Assembly (NCBI GenBank): GCA_050633305.1
Contig: JBOEGF010000018.1
Coordinates: forward strand, 288,001 to 352,000
Length of the DNA stretch: 64,000 bases
Reading direction: 5' to 3'
From: Nannocystales bacterium
GTDB taxonomy: Bacteria > Myxococcota_A > Polyangia > Nannocystales > Nannocystaceae
Shown here: in pieces, positions 39,831-49,959 of the stretch
Layout of the letters: each line of letters opens with the position of its first letter
Position numbering within the stretch: position 1 is the stretch's first letter
Made by a program: the position numbers and the translations under genes
Notes under the pieces: generated by a model
What the model saw: the letters and a program-made list of their open reading frames with translations, nothing else
Told to the model about the DNA's origin: nothing
Databases searched by the model: none

Positions 39831-40931
39831 TCAGGCCACCAACCCGCGACCTGCGAAGGTCTCGCGCATGCGATTCAGCGCCGTGACCTGAATCTGCCGG
39901 ATGCGCTCCCGTGAAAGGTCGTGAAGCTTGCCGACCTCCCGGAGTGTCATCGGTGCGCTGCCGTCCAGGCCAAAGCGTTGTCGAATGATCTCCTGTTGCA
40001 TGACGGGGAGCGAGCCGACCGCCTCGCGAAGCCCATCCGACCAGGCCGTCGCGTCGAGGGCCTCCTCGTACTCGGGGCAGGGGATCGGAAGCTCCTCGAC
40101 GAGGACCGGTTGGCTCGTCTTCGTGGTCGGGTCGTGCGCGATGGCGCGGGTGTACTCGACCGCGAGGAGCCGGCGAACGCGCTCCACGGTGAAGCCGGTG
40201 CACTCGGCAAGTTCCTCCGGGGTTGCCGGTCGGCCCTGCTGCGACTCGAACTGGACCCGAGCGCGCACCAGGGTTTGCTGGCGCTCAGCCACGTGCACGG
40301 GCAGCCGAATCTCTCGGCCTCGATCCGAGAGGGCTCGCCCGATCGCGTGGCGAATCCACCACACCGCGTAGGTCGAGAAGCGGAACCCACGGTCGGGGTC
40401 AAAGCGGTCCACGGCCTTGAGGAGCCCGGTGTTTCCTTCTTGGATGAGGTCCGAGAACGAGAACAGCCTTCGCTCGTAACGGCGAGCGATGCTGACGACG
40501 AGACCCAGGTTGGCCGCGACGAACTGATCTCGCAGCTGTCGTGCACGGTTGATGCTGGCCTGCAGCTCCATGCCGTTGACTCCGCATTCGGGGTGCGTGT
40601 GCACCCAGGCGGTGAGCCGCCGCGCGACTTCGCAGTCACGGTCAGCGGCGACCAGGGCGTCGCGCACACTTTGCGGCCACTGATCGCCACGTTTGCGAAG
40701 TGGTGGAGCTTTGTCGCCCAGGACCGCCTTGATTTCTTTTCGTAGGACCTTGTCGGGTGCCTGAAGGAGACATGTCCAGATGCTCGCCTTCGCACCAGTT
40801 AGCCGCCGCGCGAGGTCGAGCTCTTCGTCGGCTGACAGTCGCTGGGTCGACGACATGTCGTCGAAGTAGGCATCCAGGGGGCGGTCTTGATTGCGGCTCC
40901 GCGGTACTTCCCGCGCGTAACTTTCGGGCAT
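39831..40931 (-). CDS. Sigma-70 family sigma factor (RpoD/RpoS-like, lacking region 1.1)
   Basis: LSADEELDLAR, ANLGLVVSIARRY, DLIQEGNTGLLKAVDRFDP.RGFRFSTYAVWWI, IRLPVH, TLREVG..LSRERIRQIQ. Confidence 0.95.
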   Translation of the reverse strand: MPESYAREVPRSRNQDRPLDAYFDDMSSTQRLSADEELDLARRLTGAKASIWTCLLQAPDKVLRKEIKAVLGDKAPPLRKRGDQWPQSVRDALVAADRDCEVARRLTAWVHTHPECGVNGMELQASINRARQLRDQFVAANLGLVVSIARRYERRLFSFSDLIQEGNTGLLKAVDRFDPDRGFRFSTYAVWWIRHAIGRALSDRGREIRLPVHVAERQQTLVRARVQFESQQGRPATPEELAECTGFTVERVRRLLAVEYTRAIAHDPTTKTSQPVLVEELPIPCPEYEEALDATAWSDGLREAVGSLPVMQQEIIRQRFGLDGSAPMTLREVGKLHDLSRERIRQIQVTALNRMRETFAGRGLVA

Positions 40932-40992
40932 CAGTTGTCCTCCTCACAGAAGCTATTTCGTGAGGGGGGCGGTGCTCGCGAAAGAATTGCAG

Positions 40993-42486
40993 TCAACTCG
41001 GCGGGGCTCGGAGCTCACACTGGCGCAGCACCTCGAAGCGATCCCACGCAGGTCCCCCCTGTGCCGCCAAACGTGCCGCTCGGCGGCGGTATTCGAGCGC
41101 GCGCGCCAGTCTCTCGTAGGGCGCAGCGTTTGCGCGAAGGTCGAACACATCGCCCGAGATTCGGTCGACCTCGTCGCGTGCCGCACCATATGCGGCGTAG
41201 CTCGCGGCCGATGCGAAATGCTCGCGTATCGCGTCGATGTTGCCGGCGAGCATGGTGTTGAATTGTGGGTGCCAGGGATCGTCGAGCACGGGCCAGCGCG
41301 CAAGAATTTCGCCGGCTGCCCTTCGATAGGCCTGGTCTTCGAGTTGCTGTGCGCGGGTCAACGCCTCGGTCTTGGCCTCGATCTTCGCCTCCACGTCCCG
41401 CAGGTGGAGTCGTGCCCGTTCGAGGCCATCGACCAAGCCCGTCTTCCGACCCAGCGCCGCGATGACGGCGTTCTCCTCGGGGAGCACCACCGGGGTTCGC
41501 GGTGCCCCGGGGCCAGGCGCCACTGCCTCGAGCCATCGCTCGGACACGCTGGTCGGCACGTCGAAGGCCTCGCTGTGAATCCGGACGTAGGCGTGGGCTT
41601 CGCGCGCTGCGATCGTTCCATCGCCGTCGAAGTCGATGTCTTGTGACGCCAGCTTGGTGCCGTCTCGCGACTCTCCCGCGAGGGCGTGCAAGAAGTGCAG
41701 GCCGAACCCCTCTTGGGCGGCGCGGTTCGGGTTGGGGTCGCATCCCGAGGCTTCGAGGTCGTGAGGCGCCGCGAACAACCCGCAGACCTCGCCTGGGAAC
41801 GCACCGCCTTGCGCGTTGGCGTCGGCGAACGCAAGCTCGGCGAGACCGCCGGAGAAGCACGTCGTCGCGATGATCTGAACCGGGCGCGGGGTGTCTCGGA
41901 GCAACGCCGCAAGCTCGACCGCCGTCAGCTGGCTTTGGCCCCACAGGCCTACCGCGTTCTCGGCATCGGTCGGGCCGCGGTGTCCGTGTCCCCCCAGGTA
42001 GAGCAGGAGCGGAGCCCCAGGCTTGCTTACCGCAGTCTCGAGTGCGGCCGAGACGCTCTGCGCGGTGGCCGGGCCATCGACGTCGAGCGTGGGTTCTCGG
42101 TACGTCGAGTCCCGCCCGCCCCGGGGTGCGAACAAGTCCGCCAACAGGGAGGCGGGGTCGGAGCGAGGAGGGGCGTCCGAGAGGACCTGAACCACCGGCG
42201 CACCCGCGCCTGCCGCAAAGAGCAGGGTCCCGTGCTCGCCGAACGTCTCACGCGCTAGGGCGAGGTCTTGCTCGAGCGACACTTGGTTGAGCTCAGGAAC
42301 TTGTCCTCCCGCGGCCGCGATCCAGCGGACGTCCGCGCGAGGTGGTGTGGTTGCCAGAGGCTCGGGCGGGGCGAGCTGCGGTACGACCGGCTCAGGCGCT
42401 GCGGCTCCGGAGCGACTGAGGATCGCTGCGCCGGTCAGGCAGAGGCCCCCGAGGCCGACCCATGCCAACTTGGAGGCGAGACGCAC
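40993..42486 (-). CDS. Secreted protein with a putative caspase/legumain-like (clan CD) His-Cys dyad
   Basis: LLLYLGGHG and IIATTCFSGG follow hydrophobic strands. DIDFDGDG loop, C-terminal coiled coil. Confidence 0.6.
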   Translation of the reverse strand: MRLASKLAWVGLGGLCLTGAAILSRSGAAAPEPVVPQLAPPEPLATTPPRADVRWIAAAGGQVPELNQVSLEQDLALARETFGEHGTLLFAAGAGAPVVQVLSDAPPRSDPASLLADLFAPRGGRDSTYREPTLDVDGPATAQSVSAALETAVSKPGAPLLLYLGGHGHRGPTDAENAVGLWGQSQLTAVELAALLRDTPRPVQIIATTCFSGGLAELAFADANAQGGAFPGEVCGLFAAPHDLEASGCDPNPNRAAQEGFGLHFLHALAGESRDGTKLASQDIDFDGDGTIAAREAHAYVRIHSEAFDVPTSVSERWLEAVAPGPGAPRTPVVLPEENAVIAALGRKTGLVDGLERARLHLRDVEAKIEAKTEALTRAQQLEDQAYRRAAGEILARWPVLDDPWHPQFNTMLAGNIDAIREHFASAASYAAYGAARDEVDRISGDVFDLRANAAPYERLARALEYRRRAARLAAQGGPAWDRFEVLRQCELRAPPS

Positions 42487-42528
42487 CCTCGAACTCTTCC
42501 ACAGAAGCCGAGGCCAGGCTACCGGCCG

Positions 42529-43386
42529 CTATTGGCATGCGCCCTGTTCGGGCTCCAGCTGGTCGATGTACAGCCCCTCGCCCGTCACGGTCCCGGTGAG
42601 CCACTGCTCGCCCTCGTCCTCGAAGGGCAGTACGATGAACATCCGGTCCTGGACCACTCGGTAGACGCCGAGTCGGACCGCGTAGAGGGTGTCGGGAACG
42701 GCGGGGAGCTCGGTCCACCGCCGACGCCGGACGTAGCCACCGGGACTGAAGTGGAATTGGTTGTTCTCCCACGAGGTTTCGGGGATGTACTTGATCGTCG
42801 GGCAGTCGACGACGTCCGTCTCGCCCGCCGCGCCGTGGTCGAGGGAATACGCGCCGCACTGCAAGCTGGGCGTCTCGAAGTAGACCAAGGCATCGAGCGC
42901 CACGGCAGCGTCGACGGCACCCTCAGTGAATCCAAGTTCCGGGAACGACAGGGTGAGCGAACCACCTGTGGTGTCGTAGGTCCCCACGCTGGTCGTCTCG
43001 TCTTCGAAGCGAACCGTCACACCGTCCGGGTCGAAGAAGAGACTGAGTGACGTGTCCTCAGCGTCGTAGCAGATGAAGGCCATCCCGGAGAGAGCGCCGA
43101 GCGCGGACAGAGGGTCGTCGTCGAACGGCGTGTCGTCTGCGGGGTCGACAGGGTCGTCGGGGCCGTCGCTGTCTGCAGGGGCACCGCCACTCGAGGCGTC
43201 GTCCTCGTCGTCGGGTGTCGGGCTGTCGTCCGTCCCGGCCATATCGTCGTCGCCCGTCTCGGTCTCCGTGTCGCCTTCGACTCCGGGCATCTCCGAGTCA
43301 CAGCCTGCGACACTCGAAGCGCCGAGCGTCGTGGCGAAGATGGCGCAGAGTCGGGAGCGGAGCGTCTTGGCGGCCTTGGTGGTCAT
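42529..43386 (-). CDS. Hypothetical lipoprotein
   Basis: VAGC lipobox, acidic linker, beta-rich body. Start at 43386 or 43401. Confidence 0.72.
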   Translation of the reverse strand: MTTKAAKTLRSRLCAIFATTLGASSVAGCDSEMPGVEGDTETETGDDDMAGTDDSPTPDDEDDASSGGAPADSDGPDDPVDPADDTPFDDDPLSALGALSGMAFICYDAEDTSLSLFFDPDGVTVRFEDETTSVGTYDTTGGSLTLSFPELGFTEGAVDAAVALDALVYFETPSLQCGAYSLDHGAAGETDVVDCPTIKYIPETSWENNQFHFSPGGYVRRRRWTELPAVPDTLYAVRLGVYRVVQDRMFIVLPFEDEGEQWLTGTVTGEGLYIDQLEPEQGACQ

Positions 43387-43666
43387 CGTGGGTCTCTGCA
43401 CGGTTCGTTGTGCGAGTCCGCGATCCGCTCCCGATTTTTTCTGACTCGATGACTTTGACGCGGCTACCGCTCGCGCCGAGGGCTGCCAGTTGGGAACGCT
43501 GCCCGCCGAAGAGACGCAACAGCGGTGAATCCGCCCCTCGGAGATGTCTTCAGCGGCGCCTGGATCTTGGGGGCCTTGCCTCGGCGGTCCCGCCGTCGCG
43601 GGTGTGCCCGGCGGAAGCTGCGGACGGGCACCTCACGGGTCGCGACCGCTCGACGCTCCTCCGCGC

Positions 43667-44605
43667 TCAATCCTCGATGCGTTCGAGAATGAAGTCGGTG
43701 ACCTCGTCGGGGTTTACCTCCGGCAACCAGTGCCCCTGTCCCGCCATGACTTCGAGCTGGTAGGGCCCGCTCATGTGGTTCTCGGTATCGACGATCGAGT
43801 CCACGCAGGTGAACTCGTCCTCGTCACCCCACACCAACGTCGTCGGTGTGGAGATCGTGCCGAGCGGAGGCGAAGGCTCGGGTAGGGTGAAGGCTGCCCG
43901 GTACCACTTGAGTGCGGCGCCGAGCGCTTCGGGATTCCCGACGACGGCGAGATGTGCTTCGACCTGTGCGGGGTCGAGTTCCGCGTAGGCGTCGCGCAAG
44001 ATCGCGGCGTCGTCGGCGAGCATGACCTCTTCGTATCCTGGGCTGAGGAACGGGAAGATGTAGGTGCCGACCTGCGACTGGCAGGATTCGGGATCGGAGA
44101 ACGCGGCGACGTAGGCGTCGGTGTGCGAGACCGAGATCACGGTCAACGATTCGACCCGCTCCGGCGCCAACCCTGCCACGCGCCAAGCGACCGCCGCTCC
44201 CCAATCGTGACCCACCACGTGGAAGCTCTCGGCACCCATGGCGTCGGCGACCGCGATCGCATCGCCAGCCAGGTTCACGGTCGTGTACGCCTCGACCTCC
44301 TCAGGCCGTGCGCCCGGCGAGTAGCCGCGCTGGTTGAAGGCGACAGCGCGGTAGCCTCGGTCGCCGAGCTCTCTCAGCTGGTCTTCCCACTCGACCGCGC
44401 TCTCGGGAAAGCCGTGCAGCAACAGGACGAACTCGCCGTCTTCAGGGCCGGCAACGTAGGCGTCGAAGACGAAGTCGCCGACCTCGATTTGGGTTTCTTC
44501 AATCTTGTCGCAACCGACGGTGGCAAAAGCCAAGGTCGCGGTGAACGAGAATTGCAAAAGTCGGCCCAAAGGCGCGAATGTTCGTAGTTGGATCTTATTC
44601 ATCAT
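43667..44605 (-). CDS. Alpha/beta hydrolase (epoxide hydrolase-like) lipoprotein
   Basis: [35 protein letters not shown] upstream. Confidence 0.9.
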   Translation of the reverse strand: MMNKIQLRTFAPLGRLLQFSFTATLAFATVGCDKIEETQIEVGDFVFDAYVAGPEDGEFVLLLHGFPESAVEWEDQLRELGDRGYRAVAFNQRGYSPGARPEEVEAYTTVNLAGDAIAVADAMGAESFHVVGHDWGAAVAWRVAGLAPERVESLTVISVSHTDAYVAAFSDPESCQSQVGTYIFPFLSPGYEEVMLADDAAILRDAYAELDPAQVEAHLAVVGNPEALGAALKWYRAAFTLPEPSPPLGTISTPTTLVWGDEDEFTCVDSIVDTENHMSGPYQLEVMAGQGHWLPEVNPDEVTDFILERIED

Positions 44606-45237
44606 ACCGTCTGTCCTCTCCGTCGGCGTCCTCGCATTGGGAGCCGCGGTTTGTGCGGACTCGGCAAACTCTCTCTTGCCGAATTGCGGCGAAGCCTGTC
44701 ACGCGCGCATCGACGCATCAAAGACGAAAAGCGAGACGTGCATTCTCGAAATTGCGTCTCGTCGGACGGCCGGCGACCTCGCTCGCCTTGCGAATTATCA
44801 CCCGCTTCGCGCATGCCCGACCGCGCCTTCGGTCTGCATCTGCACGCCGCCATCACGCCGCGTCTTTCGTATCGACATTTCCGTGGGCGCCCTCCGTGTC
44901 GGGCCCATGCGGGTCACTCTCTTCGTCACCAAGCCCGAGCTTCGGGGCCTGCGCCCAGACAACTCCCGCTGTTCTTGGCCCTCGGTCCGAGCCGGCGCGC
45001 CTGGGTTCTTGGGCCCCGCGTCTCCGCGCCGCCCATCGGTCCGATGCTTTCCCTGTGCCAGGCTCTGCCCCCATTGTCGGCTGGGCGGCTGGCCGGGTTC
45101 TGCCGGTTGTCGCGGCGGACGATCGAGCGTATCGCTGGGGTCGCCCGTTCCGCGGACACAGGGGAACGAGACCGTCCCAAGGGCCGAGAACCGCGCGCAC
45201 TCGATACATTCGCACGGCTCCGCCCGTTCCCGCGGCG

Positions 45238-46128
45238 ATGAACGCGTCGCGCCGCTTCCTTCTGCTCGGTCTCCTGGGCCTCGCGTCGGCTTGCCAGGCC
45301 GCCGTGGACGCGGGCGAAGCCGCGACCAGCGGCGACGTCGAGGCCAGCTCTTCATCCGGGAGCCTCTCCTCCGACTCAGGCTCGGGCGATCCATCGACGA
45401 CGAGCACGACGAGCACCCCCAGCGAGGATGTGAGCGCCGGGAGCAGTGTGTCGTCCGGTGTCGACGATTCGGGCTCGTCCTCGTCGACCGGAGCGGCGAA
45501 CACCTGCGGGTCCCCGCCCGTCGATCCGCACGACCTGCTGCAGATCACCGACGCTCCGATGCGCGGCAATCCCGATGGACTGGTCACGCTCGTGTTGTGG
45601 ACCTCCTACCGTTGCTCCTACTGTCGCGAGTTCGAGGCAACGCTCGATATGCTGCTCGACGGCCCCGTCGGCGACGAAGTCCGCATCGTGGTCAAGCCGA
45701 TCCCGTTCTCCGAGGAGAACGACCCCGACGGCCGACTGGCACGGGCGGGTTACGCCGCTCACCAACTCGGCGACTATTGGGCCTTCCATGCCGCGATGCT
45801 TGCGGCCGAAGGCGATCTGCTCGACGAGGTGTTTCTCGACACCGTCATCGCCGACGTCGGATTTGATGTCGAGGCTTTCCGCGAGGCGATGGGCAGCGAC
45901 GCGGCCTACGAACGCGTCGCCACCGATGTCGCCTTGATCAGCGACATCGCGCTCGGGGTGCCCACGTCGGTGATCAATGGGTGGTGGGTGCTCGGCGCAA
46001 TCGGGCCCATTGAACTTCAGCTCGGGGTGGAACCGCAGCTCGAGGCCATGCAGGCGCTGATCGACACGGGCATGACTCCCTGCGCGGCGCTCGGGCAGCG
46101 CATCGACGAGCAGTTCCCACCTCGCTAG
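45238..46128 (+). CDS. DsbA/thioredoxin-fold lipoprotein
   Basis: SRRFL..ASAC signal, RGNPD..VTLV..SYRCSYC (CxxC), GVPT cis-Pro loop. Start corrected to 45238. Confidence 0.85.
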   Translation: MNASRRFLLLGLLGLASACQAAVDAGEAATSGDVEASSSSGSLSSDSGSGDPSTTSTTSTPSEDVSAGSSVSSGVDDSGSSSSTGAANTCGSPPVDPHDLLQITDAPMRGNPDGLVTLVLWTSYRCSYCREFEATLDMLLDGPVGDEVRIVVKPIPFSEENDPDGRLARAGYAAHQLGDYWAFHAAMLAAEGDLLDEVFLDTVIADVGFDVEAFREAMGSDAAYERVATDVALISDIALGVPTSVINGWWVLGAIGPIELQLGVEPQLEAMQALIDTGMTPCAALGQRIDEQFPPR

Positions 46129-46866
46129 GTCTTCGCGATTCCCCGTCTGACCAGCGGGTCGATGGCGGAGCTGAGTCGCAGAAAAGAACGACGCTCGCTG
46201 CACCGACGCGTGCCCATGACGACCTCGCCGGCCTGAATGAACCGCGGGCGAGTCGTGGGGACGGTCCCCGCCTGCTCCTGCCGAATGCGTGCAGGAAGAA
46301 GGCGGCGTTGAGGCAAGACGAGTTCGGGGGCGCACCGTCTGTCGGGCAGAGCAAGGAATCAACCGTGTCCGGTTGATTGAAGAAACCGCCTGATTCCGGT
46401 CAGTCTGGCTGAACGCGGACGAACCCGTGCCCGAGTCGAAGCCGCTCTCGCTGCTTCTCCTTCGGGGACAGATCGAGGTTCCGGCCGCTACATCCTTGCT
46501 CTGCCCCAATCCTCCGGAGGCCGTGCTCTAGAGGGATTTTCGACCTCTTTTCCGATCCGGCGCAAGTGCCCAAGTCGTGTGCATCAACCGTAGGAAGCTG
46601 CGTGATCGGGCCGGGCAAAGAGCGCCGGCAACGTACGGACCTCGCGCTCGACGCGCTCCAGCAAGCCTCTCCACGACCGTCGCCCCATCGAGCCGCTCAT
46701 CCAACACAGCGATCGCGGGTCGCAGTAGGTGGTGTCTGACTCTCGTCCAATACAGAACGCGATCGACACCGCCGAGGACCCGTAAACTGGCTGACGTATT
46801 CGGCGATTCGACGGGTTGGCGTGAAGGGCATAACCGCGCTAACCCATGCAAGTCGAAGAGGCTTGT

Positions 46867-47994
46867 GTGCGTAGTCTGGTTTGCCCGCTGTTGATCGTGT
46901 CGGCGTGTTACGTCGGCGTGGAGACCGACGCCCAAGGGGTCGTGAGCGGGCTTCCCGAGGGGTCGTCGACGGGTCGCCACACGGGTGGGCGCGCAACGGA
47001 GGCTGGTGGGGCGAGCGGCGCAAGCGGTAGGGTCGATGAGGACCCAACGGAAAGCTCTGGCGAAACGGGCGACCCGACCGTCGACGACGAGAGTGACGGT
47101 AGCTCCAGCGCGAGCATCGACGGTGAAGGGACGGGCAGCGAAAGCAGCTCGGGCGGAGGCCAGGCGAGCATGTGCCCTGAGGGGATGCTCGACGTTCCGC
47201 TGTTCGCACTCGATCCTCAGGAGACCGGCGTCGCGATCTCGGACGGCTACGTGCACTTGTACGCCGAACCCACCGGGCCTGCGCGCGGCGAGCTGTTCGT
47301 GTTCCTGCCGGGGTCGAACGCGCCGCCGGGTTGGTACGAGCTGATCCTCCAGCTCGCGGCAGCAGGCGGCTACCACGTGCTCGGGCTCGCCTATCGCAAC
47401 GAGGTGAACCTCAGCGACGCGTGTGGCGGCGGTGGCCCCGAGGGCTGCCAGTACAACGCGCGTCGCGAGGTGATCTACGGCGCGAACATGAGTGGGCTCG
47501 TCTCGGTGACGCCCCCCGACTCGATTCACAACCGCCTCGTTCGCGCGCTGCAGTACTTGGAGTGGGACGAGTACCTGCAAGGCGAGGTGCCGCGCTGGTC
47601 GTCGATCGCCTTCGCCGGACACTCGCAGGGTGGGGGGCATGTCGGCGTCCTCGCGCAAGACCATGACGTGGCTCGGGCCGTCTTGGTCTCGGGCACGGAG
47701 TCGGCGGACTGGACCGAGCAGCCGATGGCGACCCCGAGCGACCGGTTGTTCGGGTTTGTGCACGTCGAGGATGGCAACTACGGCGCGATGACCAACTCGT
47801 GGTCGAACCTCGGCATCCCCGGACCGCCGACCAGCGTCGATAGCGTGGACCCGCCGTACGCATCGCACCAGCTGACCACGGCGTTGCCGTCGAGCAATCC
47901 CCACGCTTCGCCCGCCGCTGACGAAGACACCCCACTGGGCGTCGACGACCTGCCCGTCTATCTACCCGTCTGGTGCGCAGCGCTCGGGCTGTGA
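46867..47994 (+). CDS. Secreted alpha/beta hydrolase (BPSS1187-like) lipoprotein
   Basis: VSAC lipobox, LFVFLPGS, GYHVLGLAY, AGHSQGGG. Confidence 0.8.
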   Translation: MRSLVCPLLIVSACYVGVETDAQGVVSGLPEGSSTGRHTGGRATEAGGASGASGRVDEDPTESSGETGDPTVDDESDGSSSASIDGEGTGSESSSGGGQASMCPEGMLDVPLFALDPQETGVAISDGYVHLYAEPTGPARGELFVFLPGSNAPPGWYELILQLAAAGGYHVLGLAYRNEVNLSDACGGGGPEGCQYNARREVIYGANMSGLVSVTPPDSIHNRLVRALQYLEWDEYLQGEVPRWSSIAFAGHSQGGGHVGVLAQDHDVARAVLVSGTESADWTEQPMATPSDRLFGFVHVEDGNYGAMTNSWSNLGIPGPPTSVDSVDPPYASHQLTTALPSSNPHASPAADEDTPLGVDDLPVYLPVWCAALGL

Positions 47995-48046
47995 CGACTG
48001 GTCGTACAAGAGACTGACCCGGGGCCGAGTGGTTCTGATGCTGAAG

Positions 48047-48364
48047 CTACGGGACGTTCGCCTCTAACTCTCGCTCCCAGTGGCCATCGCGGCACCAAAG
48101 CGCCGAGCTGTGGCCACCTGGCTCACCCCAAGACTCGACGCAAAAACCCGCAGAGGGCTGGCACGGGTCGCCCTCGTCTGGAAGGGGATCGCAGGGGTCG
48201 ACGGTGGTGTGGATGTCCTCAGCCGGAGGCTCAGCACGTGTGTCTTGCGTGACCTCGGCCGGGACTGCCAAGTCCGCCGCCCGCTTCGCCCCGGAGGCAG
48301 TACCGCCACAGCCCACCAGCGCAACTGCGGTCAGACAAAGCCCAACTATGGATCTGTGACGCAT
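48047..48364 (-). CDS. Small Cys-containing lipoprotein
   Basis: LVGC lipobox, C-terminal C..LP.EG.PC...C...C..G.W module. Confidence 0.65.
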   Translation of the reverse strand: MRHRSIVGLCLTAVALVGCGGTASGAKRAADLAVPAEVTQDTRAEPPAEDIHTTVDPCDPLPDEGDPCQPSAGFCVESWGEPGGHSSALWCRDGHWERELEANVP

Positions 48365-48675
48365 CTTGGACCCAAGCGAACCTATCACGCTGCGCAGGTG
48401 GCAGAGCCGCCGCTGCTCTCAGGTGATAGCGACACGACCGGCCCGCAGCTGGCGAGCAAGACGATCGCGATGCAGGGGTTGCATGACAAACTCCGAGTCC
48501 CAGGCAAGCTGCCACGGCCGCATATGCCTATCCGTGCGGAACTCGTTGACGCTCCCGACCGGTCGTTGTCGTACGGGACCCCGTGGTCCTGCCACGCCGA
48601 AGACGGAGCGCCCGCCCAGAACCTGAGACTCGGATTCGCCTGGTACTGGGGCCATGGTTGCCGTATTGCAGAGGC

Positions 48676-49497
48676 GTGTCGTTTGGGATCGCCTTCGAGG
48701 GATGCGCGTGCAAGGGCGCGTTTCACGTCGGCGTGGCGGAGTGGATGCACGACTACGGCTACGAGCCCGACGCGGTGGCTGGAGCGAGCTCAGGCTCGGT
48801 GATCGCGGCCTTGGTGGCCCTGGGCGAGGTCAAGGCGCTGGCCGAACTGTGGATGGCGGTCGGCGGTACGGCGGTGTTTCAGCCGAAGCGGATGCTCGCC
48901 GGACGTTGGCCATTTGTGATGAGCGAGGTTGTCGGGGCTCCGCTTCGCCTCAAGCTCGGCGCAATGGCGTTGGCGGATGTCCCCAAGCCGCTGGCGATCA
49001 CTGTCACCGTGCTTCGCCGACGTGGACTGACGCGACGCATCCTCAGCCAGCCAGACCACCTCCCGCTGGTCGACGCGGTGCTTGCGTCGTGTTTCTTCCC
49101 CGGCCCCTACTCGCGAATGGTGCCGGTCGATGGTCGGCCGGCCATCGACGGTGCGTGGCATGTCCGGACACCCGTCGACACGCTGGAGCTGCTGGGGGCG
49201 AACAAGTTGATCGGCTGCGTCACTCGGCCGGAGGGCACACTACGCGGAGGCTTTCTGCGGGAGCGCGTCTTCGATGTCCCCGCGAGGTGCCGGATCTTGC
49301 AACCGATCGAGCCGCTTCGGCTGGATACCTGGGAGCTGAATCGCGGCCGCATCCGCGACGCGATGGCGCTGGGACGTCGAAGCGCCGAAGCGTTCTTTGA
49401 AGCGAATGATACTTGGTTACGCTCGGAGCCAACGGTCCGCCGCTCGACGACGGCGCCAACGGGGAGCTCCAATCGAAGCAACAAGTCGCGGGCTTGA
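48676..49497 (+). CDS. Patatin-like phospholipase
   Basis: GAFHVG, GASSG nucleophile, ASC..PG, DGA. Confidence 0.85.
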   Translation: MSFGIAFEGCACKGAFHVGVAEWMHDYGYEPDAVAGASSGSVIAALVALGEVKALAELWMAVGGTAVFQPKRMLAGRWPFVMSEVVGAPLRLKLGAMALADVPKPLAITVTVLRRRGLTRRILSQPDHLPLVDAVLASCFFPGPYSRMVPVDGRPAIDGAWHVRTPVDTLELLGANKLIGCVTRPEGTLRGGFLRERVFDVPARCRILQPIEPLRLDTWELNRGRIRDAMALGRRSAEAFFEANDTWLRSEPTVRRSTTAPTGSSNRSNKSRA

Positions 49498-49556
49498 AAT
49501 CACGGGGATGCTTCACGCCGCGGTCGATCGCCGCGGCTGGCCGCCACGCTGTGTCC

Positions 49557-49955
49557 TCAGGCTTGGTACACGCGCTGGGCAAGTCCCGCGATACGGGCCT
49601 CCGTGAGGCCGAGTGCCCAGCCGTCCACAAGTACCATCGTCGCGTCGGCGAAGTCGGCCTGCACCTGTACGCGCAGAGCCTCGACCGCTGTGTCCACAGT
49701 GTCTTCGGCTTGGATGGTCTCGACCACCGCCTCCAGATCGAGCTCCAGGGCGTCATCATCCGCGAAGTTCAGAGCATAGCGTTCGCCCACCAAACGGCCG
49801 GTCGCAAGCTCAGCGCCGAAGTACACCTGCATCACCCGCAGGAGGTCGAGGCTGGACCCGCCGTTGCCCGAGCCACCACCGTTGCACCCGGCCAGGCCAC
49901 TCACGACCGTGGTGGCCGAGAGACGAACAACAAAGCTTCGTCGATTCATCGGCAT
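49557..49955 (-). CDS. Small Tat lipoprotein, probable partner subunit of the GMC oxidoreductase
   Basis: MNRRSF...LAGC, DF.....VDGW.L..TEAR. Starts 4 nt after the GMC stop codon. Confidence 0.72.
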   Translation of the reverse strand: MPMNRRSFVVRLSATTVVSGLAGCNGGGSGNGGSSLDLLRVMQVYFGAELATGRLVGERYALNFADDDALELDLEAVVETIQAEDTVDTAVEALRVQVQADFADATMVLVDGWALGLTEARIAGLAQRVYQA

Positions 49956-49959
49956 CGCC

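Noticed and set aside
44578..45237. N-terminal 220-aa extension of the DsbA-like ORF
   Set aside because: Low-complexity translation that overlaps the start of the divergent gene. The real signal peptide starts at 45238.
46400..46769. Short minus-strand ORFs as a pseudogene
   Set aside because: No recognisable family motif, so this cannot be supported without a homology search.
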